From an uncultured Clostridium sp. (lineage in GTDB: Bacteria; Bacillota; Clostridia; TANB77; CAG-508), in NCBI GenBank assembly GCA_947064765.1, contig CAMSWH010000002.1, positions 4,976-68,975 of the forward strand: a stretch of DNA of 64,000 nt. The letters run 5' to 3'. A model generated the notes under the pieces. The model saw only the letters and a list, made by a program, of their open reading frames with translations. It searched no databases and was not told the DNA's origin. Of the stretch, positions 1-7,717 are shown piece after piece (the first letter of the stretch is position 1; each line of letters opens with the position of its first letter). The position numbers and the translations under genes were made by a program.

Positions 1-1713
1 GGTTTTTGCTTTAAAGGCTGGTAAAACTTTTCCATTACTACTAACTCTAAGCACACATTCTCTATTCGCAAGTTCTACAAGTATTTTTAATTTAGAAAAA
101 AAAGAATCATGTATTGCTACTTCCATTTGCATACTTCTACTTAATAATACAGCATCTTCTCTTGATACTCTAAAAGTGTAATAATTTATAACATTTGCAA
201 ATATTGCTTTTTGTATATCTTCATTAATCTGATTAAAATATTGTCCAGAAAGAATTAAAGATAAATTATATTTTCTTGATTCTGATAAAAATCTTTTTAT
301 TATTGGATTTTGAATTACTGCCACTTCATCAATAATTAAAATCACATGTTCGTCTATTGCTCTTTTTTGCATTATAGAAAAAATTTGCCCCATTACTAAA
401 CCAGAAACAGTTTTTGTCATCTTCTCTCCTATACTAGATTCGTCTAATGATATTATTGATAAGAAATTCTCTTTTATTGTATCTTCTAAGCTTTTTAAAT
501 TTTTAATAGTATTAAATGCAGGTAAAATTGTCATTTCATCAATAAAAGAAATTATTGGTGAAATTGCTTCAGTATGTGATTTAGTTTTAAGTTCATTAAA
601 ATCATTTAAAAAGAAATTTGTTATCGGTTCTGGCAAAATTTCTCTATATTTCTTTAAAGTTTGATTTCTAAACTCATTATTTGTTATAAGCTCTCTTAAA
701 TTTCTAAAATTAATTTTATTAATACATATTAATAAAATTATACTATGTCTTAAAACTCTTTCAAGTTTAGAATTATATTCTTTATCCATTATTGATTTAA
801 AAAGAGTAAGTAAAATCTCAGATTCTGAAACAACATTTTTCCTTGAACTTTTAAATAAATCGATACTATTTTTATTAGTCTTAAAATCAATAACTTTTGT
901 TTCTTTTAATCCTCCTATATCCTCCTCTAATGAACTATGTGGATCTATTACCACAATTTTATATTTCATTTTATAATTTTGATTATTATAAATATTATTT
1001 ACAAGTAAACTTAATAATTTTGATTTCCCTGTTCCAGAGCCTCCTATAACTAATGAATGTTTGTCAAAATCATAATTATTTAAGTTTAAATAATACTCAT
1101 CTTGCAAATATGGAAAAGCATCAACTTTTAATATACTATTCTTTTTATCACTTTCAAATAATTTAACTGTTTTTTCTATGTTTAAATATCTTCTTATATC
1201 TTTTCTAAATAAAAATCTTGTATGCCTTGAAAAGTCAATACTTAAAAATATATGTGGTATATTAAATAAAAATCTTCTATATATCAATCTGTTTTCTTTC
1301 TTAAAAATTCCAAAAGAAGAAAATAGAAAATTCTTTCTAGTAAATGGAAAAATCTTAACAACTGACCATTCCATTTTTCTACCTTTTTTACTTTCATTTC
1401 TGTCATATATATCTATAATACTTTTTTCTTTATTAGTAACTATATAAAGCTTTTTAAAGTGAAAAAAGCTACTTGGTTTATCAAAATTATCAACTTGTTT
1501 TAATAAAAAATCATTCAAATTACTTAAAGTAGTCGGTAATTTATGTTTAGTTTTTACAAAATATCTAACATTATTTTTTTCCAATTTTATATAAATTTTC
1601 CAAGGCTTAAATAATCCATTTAATTTAGATATATATAATATAAATTGTAGCCAACTCTCTTCTGTTACTTTATCTATTGTAAAAAATACTTCAAAATAAT
1701 TTTCCTTTCTCAT
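1..1713 (-). CDS. P-loop NTPase of the HerA/FtsK/TraD-VirD4 type (DUF87-like) with an unrecognised ~230-aa N-terminal domain; C-terminus runs off the window
   Basis: Not in the ORF track. ATG at 1713-1711 is preceded by AGGTGA at 5-nt spacing. The minus-strand frame is open for 571 codons to position 1. Walker A VIGGSGTGKS is encoded at 1021-1050 and Walker B ILIIDEVAV at about 310-354. The C-terminal part SESRKYNLSLILSGQYF...YYTFRVS resembles the TraG-D_C/HerA style. Confidence 0.6.
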   Translation of the reverse strand, partial: MRKENYFEVFFTIDKVTEESWLQFILYISKLNGLFKPWKIYIKLEKNNVRYFVKTKHKLPTTLSNLNDFLLKQVDNFDKPSSFFHFKKLYIVTNKEKSIIDIYDRNESKKGRKMEWSVVKIFPFTRKNFLFSSFGIFKKENRLIYRRFLFNIPHIFLSIDFSRHTRFLFRKDIRRYLNIEKTVKLFESDKKNSILKVDAFPYLQDEYYLNLNNYDFDKHSLVIGGSGTGKSKLLSLLVNNIYNNQNYKMKYKIVVIDPHSSLEEDIGGLKETKVIDFKTNKNSIDLFKSSRKNVVSESEILLTLFKSIMDKEYNSKLERVLRHSIILLICINKINFRNLRELITNNEFRNQTLKKYREILPEPITNFFLNDFNELKTKSHTEAISPIISFIDEMTILPAFNTIKNLKSLEDTIKENFLSIISLDESSIGEKMTKTVSGLVMGQIFSIMQKRAIDEHVILIIDEVAVIQNPIIKRFLSESRKYNLSLILSGQYFNQINEDIQKAIFANVINYYTFRVSREDAVLLSRSMQMEVAIHDSFFSKLKILVELANRECVLRVSSNGKVLPAFKAKT

Positions 1714-1752
1714 ATAAATCACCTGACAGTATTATATAATCTTTTAACATAA

Positions 1753-1790
1753 AAAAACTGACTTTTTTATAATCAAAAAAGTCAGTTTTT
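1753..1790. terminator. Bidirectional intrinsic terminator between the AraC-like gene and the ATPase gene
   Basis: 16-nt arms aaaaactgactttttt / aaaaaagtcagttttt with a 6-nt loop and A/T runs on both sides. Confidence 0.6.
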
Positions 1791-1852
1791 CTATTAATAT
1801 CTCTATATTACAATTTACAATATAATAAATATTTATTTACATTCTACTATAT

Positions 1853-2587
1853 TTAATCTTCTATTGGTATTAAAAACTCTGTAATATCATCATGATAATA
1901 TTCAAGCTCTGGTATAGGTCTTAAATTTAATTTTAAACTAGGCTCAAACTTCTCATAAAACTGTCTTGAAACCTTCTGTATATCAGAAGCTTCTTGTGAA
2001 TTAATTATAAATTTTATCCACTTTGATTTTGGTATAACAATTTTTTCAAGTTCCTTGATTTCTTTTTTATATGCTATCCAATATTCATAATCATCACTTT
2101 CAAATCTATCTTCATATACTACCATTCCATAATTAATTCTACCATATTTATGTTCATATAGATTTGCCATTTCTTCAAAAAACTTTGGTGCATCCTTTTG
2201 TATTGTACAATATGTAGTTTTTATTCCTCTTCCATATAAAATCTTTTCTTCCATTTCTACAATACTATATTCCATACTTGGATGCTCTTCTACATTTTCA
2301 TTAAAATGGATTTTGGTAAAAACTTTTAATTTTTCTGGATTTGTTTTTACACTACTTGGTTTTATTCCATGAAATTTCTCAAAAGCTCTAGAAAATGATG
2401 TAGCACTATCATATCCATATTTTACTGCTATATCAATAACTTTACTATTTTCTTTATATAAATCAAAACCAGAGTTTGATAATCTTCTATTTCTTATGTA
2501 CTCTGAAATCGTTATATTAGAAAGTAATGAAAATATCCTTTTCATTGTATATTCATTAGTTGCTATAATTCCGAGATATTTTGCCAT
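1853..2587 (-). CDS. AraC-family transcriptional regulator with a GyrI-like effector domain; the N-terminal helix is encoded in another frame
   Basis: Second HTH IAVKYGYDSATSFSRAFEKFHG and linker SEYIRNRRL are followed by a ~150-aa GyrI-like C-terminal half. See the finding on the frameshift at about 2588. Confidence 0.7.
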   Translation of the reverse strand: MAKYLGIIATNEYTMKRIFSLLSNITISEYIRNRRLSNSGFDLYKENSKVIDIAVKYGYDSATSFSRAFEKFHGIKPSSVKTNPEKLKVFTKIHFNENVEEHPSMEYSIVEMEEKILYGRGIKTTYCTIQKDAPKFFEEMANLYEHKYGRINYGMVVYEDRFESDDYEYWIAYKKEIKELEKIVIPKSKWIKFIINSQEASDIQKVSRQFYEKFEPSLKLNLRPIPELEYYHDDITEFLIPIED

Positions 2588-2786
2588 AGTCTATATCATT
2601 TTCTAAATTTTCTTCTATATATTCAATTATTTCATTTAAGCCTTTATATATATTCAAATTTATTACACCAATACCTTTTTTGCTTTAATATGAAACTTTG
2701 CCGTTTACTATATTTTCACTTTAACTATTTAATATGGTTTTTATATTAATCCATATCAACTTTGAATAAATTTTTCCATGCATCTT

Positions 2787-3335
2787 CTACATTTTTTCTG
2801 GTTCTGGATATTCTACTCCAAAAGTTTCTACCGTAACTTTTTTCATAACTGGTGGTTCTACTGGTCTATCTTTTCCTCCACCAAATGGGCTTCTTGTTAT
2901 AACCCTTGTTTTTACAATTCTATCAACTTCGTCCATACCTTCTAGCACACTACCAAAAGCTGCATATTGTCCATCTAAAAATGTTGAATCATCTGTTACT
3001 ATAAAAAATTGAGAACCTGCTGAATTTGGCATGCTACTTCTTGCCATAGAAACAATACCTCTAAGATGAGAAATAGGATTTTCTACACCATTATCTTTAA
3101 ATTCTCCTTTTATTCCATAGCCAGGTCCTCCTGTTCCATTTCCATCTGGGTCTCCACCTTGAATCATAAATCCTGGTATTGTTCTATGAAAGAATAATCC
3201 ATCATAAAATCCTTTATTTACTAAATTTACAAAATTATTTACAGTTTGTGGTGCTTTACTTGGATATAATTCTAATTTAATTATTGCTCCACTATCCATT
3301 TCTATTGTTACTATAGGTTTTTTATTTGCTTCCAT
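2787..3335 (-). CDS. ppiB: Cyclophilin-type peptidyl-prolyl cis-trans isomerase
   Basis: Motifs FHRTIPGFMIQGGDP and NSAGSQFFIV. Start moved to ATG 3335, which is preceded by AAGGAGA; the track start at 3425 has no RBS. Confidence 0.9.
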   Translation of the reverse strand: MEANKKPIVTIEMDSGAIIKLELYPSKAPQTVNNFVNLVNKGFYDGLFFHRTIPGFMIQGGDPDGNGTGGPGYGIKGEFKDNGVENPISHLRGIVSMARSSMPNSAGSQFFIVTDDSTFLDGQYAAFGSVLEGMDEVDRIVKTRVITRSPFGGGKDRPVEPPVMKKVTVETFGVEYPEPEKM

Positions 3336-3519
3336 TTTATGATCTCCTTTTATTATTATTTTATTTTTCAAATTCTTTTGTATTACTATTAAAATCATCT
3401 TGATTCTAATAGAATAAATATTCAAATTATATTAATATTCTACTACTATTATATATTTTTTTCAATACTATATCTAGATGTATTGCCTTTAACTTGTATG
3501 TTTTATCTATCATTTTAAT

Positions 3520-4116
3520 TTAATATTCTTTTATATATGCTTTTACAATAATTCTTTTTTTGTTAGAATTATTACAAGTTATAAGTGTAAGTTCATATTT
3601 TTTAGTAGCTTTTAAAACTGATATATCATCTTCGTTAGTTTCAAAAATATCAAAAACTGTATATTCATATTTTTTTCCATTCAAATCTTCTAAAACTATT
3701 GTATCTTTAATATCAAGTTCTGCTATTTTACTAAAAAATCTATTATCATTATAATTATGTCCTGCAATACAAATATTTCCAATCTCTCCTAAATTTACTC
3801 CAGCAAATTTACATGGTGCTATTTTTAATAGGTCTTCATTACTCATATTAAAAACACTATATTCTAAATTTATTTTATCTATATAAATCTTTCCTAAAAT
3901 TGATTCTTCTCTTGATTCCTTTTGCACTTCATAAATAGAACTTATTTTTATATTTTTATTTATAATTTTAGAAATATTTTCCAAATTTTCGTCTTTATTT
4001 CGAGAAATTGCAATATAAATAATTAATATAATTGCTACTATAATAGAAATCATAAATTGAATTTTAAAAATATATTTTAATTTATTATTTTTTTTATTAA
4101 ATAATATCTGATTCAT
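3520..4116 (-). CDS. Sortase-family transpeptidase
   Basis: N-terminal TM segment, catalytic His context ICIAGHN, TLITC Cys motif and a downstream Arg (KRIIVKA). Confidence 0.8.
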   Translation of the reverse strand: MNQILFNKKNNKLKYIFKIQFMISIIVAIILIIYIAISRNKDENLENISKIINKNIKISSIYEVQKESREESILGKIYIDKINLEYSVFNMSNEDLLKIAPCKFAGVNLGEIGNICIAGHNYNDNRFFSKIAELDIKDTIVLEDLNGKKYEYTVFDIFETNEDDISVLKATKKYELTLITCNNSNKKRIIVKAYIKEY

Positions 4117-4394
4117 ATATTTATTATTGTCTAATTATAAAAATTTATGACCTATTAAAATATTAGTATTAATATTTTATTTTACAATATTAATTAAAAT
4201 TTGTATTTTTGGAAAAATATAGTAAAATAAATCTCTGTTAACTTCTCTATTTAATAATAATATCTAATGTATAAATTAATTTAATTGATAAATAACATTT
4301 TTTATGTTATATTTATTTATAGAATTAATTTTATTTATTATTTTTTAATACTTTTATAAAAATTCACATATGTTTTTGAAAGGAATTTATTTTA

Positions 4395-4859
4395 ATGGAA
4401 AACACAAAAATACTTGCTAAAAATCCAACCGCTAATCATAATTATTCTATTGAAAGCACTCTTGAAGCTGGAATAGTTTTAACTGGTACAGAAATTAAAT
4501 CAATTCGTAATGGTAAAGTTAATATCAAAGATACTTATGTTAATATTAAAGATGGCGAAGTATTTGTTTATGGAATGCATATTAGTCCTTATGAATTTGG
4601 AAATATATATAATAAAGATCCTTTAAGAACTAGAAAACTTTTATTAAATAAAAGAGAAATAAATAGATTATACGGTATGATTAAACAAAAAGGAATTTCT
4701 ATTGTTCCTATTCAAATGTATATGAAAGGAAATAAAGTAAAATTAGAGCTTGGTATCGGAAAAGGAAAAAAACTATTTGATAAACGTGAAGATATTGCAA
4801 AAAAAGATGCTGAACTAAGAATGAAAAAAGCTTTAAAAAATAGAAATGAATCATTTTAA
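4395..4859 (+). CDS. smpB: SsrA-binding protein SmpB
   Basis: 154 aa with GTEIKSIRNGK, RTRKLLLNKREI and a basic C-terminal tail. Confidence 0.95.
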   Translation: MENTKILAKNPTANHNYSIESTLEAGIVLTGTEIKSIRNGKVNIKDTYVNIKDGEVFVYGMHISPYEFGNIYNKDPLRTRKLLLNKREINRLYGMIKQKGISIVPIQMYMKGNKVKLELGIGKGKKLFDKREDIAKKDAELRMKKALKNRNESF

Positions 4860-4922
4860 AAATCACTTATATAGCAAAAACTTTTATACTCTATAAAAAT
4901 TTTATACTATATAAAAATATAA

Positions 4923-4960
4923 TAACTCCCAATTGCTAATTTTAAATAACAATTGGGAGT
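4923..4960 (+). terminator. Intrinsic terminator after smpB
   Basis: Arms aactcccaattg / caattgggagtt with a 14-nt loop, followed by an A/T-rich tract. Confidence 0.6.
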
Positions 4961-5002
4961 TAATTTATTATATTACCTTTTTATTTTAGTAGGAAAATAC
5001 TT

Positions 5003-5043
5003 TTTTATATAATATGAAAGTTATACTTTCATATTATATAAAA
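5003..5043. terminator. Near-perfect 19-bp-arm palindrome, a probable terminator for the minus-strand 5136-6341 gene
   Basis: tatataatatgaaagt-tat-actttcatattatata extended by T/A pairs. Two further weaker hairpins lie at about 5060-5133. Confidence 0.5.
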
Positions 5044-5135
5044 GCTTCGCTAATATTGTACGCAAATTTATTACATAAATTTGGCACGCGAACAAATTTA
5101 CTGAAAATTTTTTGATTTTTCAGATTTGTTCTTTA

Positions 5136-6341
5136 CTATCTTGCATCAGAATCTTCACTTTTTAATCTTCCTACAAAATTTCTTATACCTACAAATTTAT
5201 CAGAGATTGTATCTCTTGCTCTTAAAATTTTATCACCTAAATTTTCTTGCTGTACTTGTTTTACTAATTCTTTATTATAATTTAATTCACATACACTTAA
5301 AATTTTTGCTCTCATTTTATCTATTAAAAACTGATAATATTCTTTCTCTTCTTCACTTAAAGTTACACCTGTTTCTTCTTGCATTCCTATAATTGCATCA
5401 TTTAAGCTAGCTTTTAAAACATACTGATCTATCCATCTTCTAAACCATACTTCTTTTCCATATTCTAACATAAATGTTTCAATATCTTCTCTACTACGAA
5501 CTGTTCTATGATATGTTTTTCCTATTGGCTCTGCTCCTGCACAATAATCATAACTATATAATGGAGCTAGTCTTAATCTATTGTCTGCTTGTTTTATTAG
5601 CCCCCATTTTAAATTAGCCTCATTTTCATTAAAAACAATTTTATTAAATATAGTTTGTTTTATTAATCCTTGTCTAATTTCAATTCTAGTTCTTTCTAAT
5701 TCTTCTTTTGGTAGTTCATATTTTTTATAGTATTTTATTATATATTTATCAGTTTCTTGTAAAAGATCATCTAAGTGTATTCTTTTTTTATTTGGGTTAT
5801 CTTTAACTATAGAATTACCTTGTATTAAAGTTTCTTCATCATACAAAAAATTTTTTGTTAAATGATGGGTGGAAATCGTCCCGTCTTCATTAGTATACTT
5901 TCCCTTGTAGTATACTGTAGCATCTAATCCCATTTGCTTTGCAAGCTGTGGTAGTAAAAAATTATTTTTTCTTGAAATACCTATAAATTTACTATCTATT
6001 TGTGAATGCATATTTGGTACTTTAGTTGCTAAATATGCATCTAAGTTTGAACTTAATATCCAAAATTCACCAATTTTACTATTTCCTAATCTTTTCTTTG
6101 ATTTCTCAAAAGAATAATTATTTAAGTTAATTAATCCATCTTCATCAAGTTTAATATGTTCATTATAATCTTTACTTTTATAAATCTCATATAATCTATA
6201 TAAAACTCCACATCTTCTTGCGATAAAATCATTAACTTGCTTACCATCTAAATGTTTTCTTAATGCATCGATTTCAACTTTTTCCAAGCCATATAATTTA
6301 GCTGCTTTTACTATATATTCTTTTTGTGTTAGTTTAGGCAA
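5136..6341 (-). CDS. Uncharacterised 401-aa protein with a degenerate HipA-like C-terminal motif
   Basis: Long ORF with a TTG start 13 nt after the fba stop. The segment NENEANLKWGLIKQADNRLRLAPLYSYD resembles the HipA catalytic-loop pattern D-x-H-x-K-N...RL[AT]PxYD, with D->E and H->N. Confidence 0.5.
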   Translation of the reverse strand: MPKLTQKEYIVKAAKLYGLEKVEIDALRKHLDGKQVNDFIARRCGVLYRLYEIYKSKDYNEHIKLDEDGLINLNNYSFEKSKKRLGNSKIGEFWILSSNLDAYLATKVPNMHSQIDSKFIGISRKNNFLLPQLAKQMGLDATVYYKGKYTNEDGTISTHHLTKNFLYDEETLIQGNSIVKDNPNKKRIHLDDLLQETDKYIIKYYKKYELPKEELERTRIEIRQGLIKQTIFNKIVFNENEANLKWGLIKQADNRLRLAPLYSYDYCAGAEPIGKTYHRTVRSREDIETFMLEYGKEVWFRRWIDQYVLKASLNDAIIGMQEETGVTLSEEEKEYYQFLIDKMRAKILSVCELNYNKELVKQVQQENLGDKILRARDTISDKFVGIRNFVGRLKSEDSDAR

Positions 6342-6354
6342 ACTACTTTTTTAA

Positions 6355-7284
6355 TTAAGCTTTATTGTTTGAACAGAACACATTATTAATTTTGTGTGCT
6401 ACTGTTGCTTTTATCTCATCTTTAGCAGCTCCTAAATATTTTCTTGGATCAAATACTGATGGTTCTTCATTAAATACTCTTCTTATTTGAGCTGTCATGG
6501 CTAATCTTAAATCAGTATCTACATTTATTTTTGAAACTCCATTTTCTCCTGCTTGTTTTAACATTTCATCTGGGCATCCTTTTGCTCCAGGAATATTTCC
6601 ACCATTGTTATTGCACATATCTACAAGATTTGGTATTACTGAAGATGCTCCATGTAATACTATAGGTGTATTAGGTAATTTTTCTTTTATCTTTTGTAAT
6701 ATATCAAATCTTAATTTTGCATCACCTTTGAATTTGTATGCTCCGTGACTTGTTCCTATAGCTATTGCCAAAGAATCACATCCTGTTCTTTGTACAAATT
6801 CATATGCTTGTTCTGGGTCTGTATATCTTGCATCATCAGCTGCTACATTAACATCATCTTCAACTCCTGCTAATTTACCAAGTTCTGCTTCTACTACAAC
6901 TCCTTTAGAATGGGCATATTCTACAACTTTTTTTGTTAATTCAACATTTTCTTCAAAATCATATTTTGAACCATCTATCATAACTGATGTAAATCCTGCA
7001 TCTATACACATTTTACATGTTTCAAAATCTGGTCCATGATCTAAATGAAGTGCAATTGGTATAGTTGTTGTTTCAACTGCAGCCTCCACCATTTTAATTA
7101 AATAATTAATTCTTGCATATTTTATTGCACTTGAAGAAACTTGTAAAATCACTGGTGATTTTGCTTCTTCAGCTGCATCTGTTATTGCTTGTATAAATTC
7201 CATATTGTTTATGTTAAAAGCTCCTATTGCAAAATGTTCTTTCATTGATTTTTCGAACATTTCTTTTGTTGTTACTAGTGGCAT
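6355..7284 (-). CDS. fba: Class II fructose-1,6-bisphosphate aldolase
   Basis: Motifs LHLDHG and GTSHGAYKF; 309 aa. Confidence 0.95.
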   Translation of the reverse strand: MPLVTTKEMFEKSMKEHFAIGAFNINNMEFIQAITDAAEEAKSPVILQVSSSAIKYARINYLIKMVEAAVETTTIPIALHLDHGPDFETCKMCIDAGFTSVMIDGSKYDFEENVELTKKVVEYAHSKGVVVEAELGKLAGVEDDVNVAADDARYTDPEQAYEFVQRTGCDSLAIAIGTSHGAYKFKGDAKLRFDILQKIKEKLPNTPIVLHGASSVIPNLVDMCNNNGGNIPGAKGCPDEMLKQAGENGVSKINVDTDLRLAMTAQIRRVFNEEPSVFDPRKYLGAAKDEIKATVAHKINNVFCSNNKA

Positions 7285-7361
7285 AATATTTTCCTCCTTT
7301 AAATTTATTTTACTCCCTACATTTTATAATCTTAAAAGTTCTATGTCAAGTGAATTTTGTA

Positions 7362-7390
7362 TGTATAAAAATAAATATTGGGGAAAATCC
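7362..7390. terminator. Bidirectional terminator downstream of the DUF1540 gene
   Basis: taaatattgggg-aaaat-ccccaatattta with T runs on both strands. Confidence 0.6.
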
Positions 7391-7405
7391 CCAATATTTA
7401 TCTTT

Positions 7406-7576
7406 TTAATGACATTTGCATTTGTAACTTCCGCACATTGACTCATCTTCAGCAGATCCATTTGAACATCCAGGACATGCTTGTACTTCTATTTGTTTTA
7501 ATTCACACATTCTATTATCACAATTATTATAAGCACAACTTTCAACTGTACATCTTATTTTTTGATTATCTCCCAT
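7406..7576 (-). CDS. DUF1540-type small cysteine-rich protein (56 aa)
   Basis: Below the ORF-track length cut-off. GGAGG lies 8 nt upstream of ATG 7576. Translation: MGDNQKIRCTVESCAYNNCDNRMCELKQIEVQACPGCSNGSAEDESMCGSYKCKCH. The C-x-V-x-x-C...C pattern is typical of DUF1540. Confidence 0.7.
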   Translation of the reverse strand: MGDNQKIRCTVESCAYNNCDNRMCELKQIEVQACPGCSNGSAEDESMCGSYKCKCH

Positions 7577-7717
7577 TTTTTTACCTCCTAATATTAGTAA
7601 ATTATATTCTATAAAAACTTAACTATTTTTATTCAAACTTTTATAGAATATAAATAAGATAGAACTTAAAGTTCTATCTTATTATTTTCAAATATCTATC
7701 ATTTTAAAATCCAATTT

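Noticed and set aside
1178-1447. Listed 89-aa plus-strand ORF
   Set aside because: It lies antisense inside the 571-codon ATPase frame. The product is low-complexity and F/L/I/K-rich, and there is no RBS.
4860-5135. Expected an ssrA (tmRNA) gene downstream of smpB
   Set aside because: There is no GGGG-type 5' end, no tRNA-like T-arm/acceptor with CCA, and no tag-peptide reading frame. The region contains only AT-rich hairpins.
7205-7614. Listed plus-strand ORFs 7205-7441 and 7378-7614
   Set aside because: The first overlaps the fba start. The second lies antisense to the RBS-preceded DUF1540 gene.
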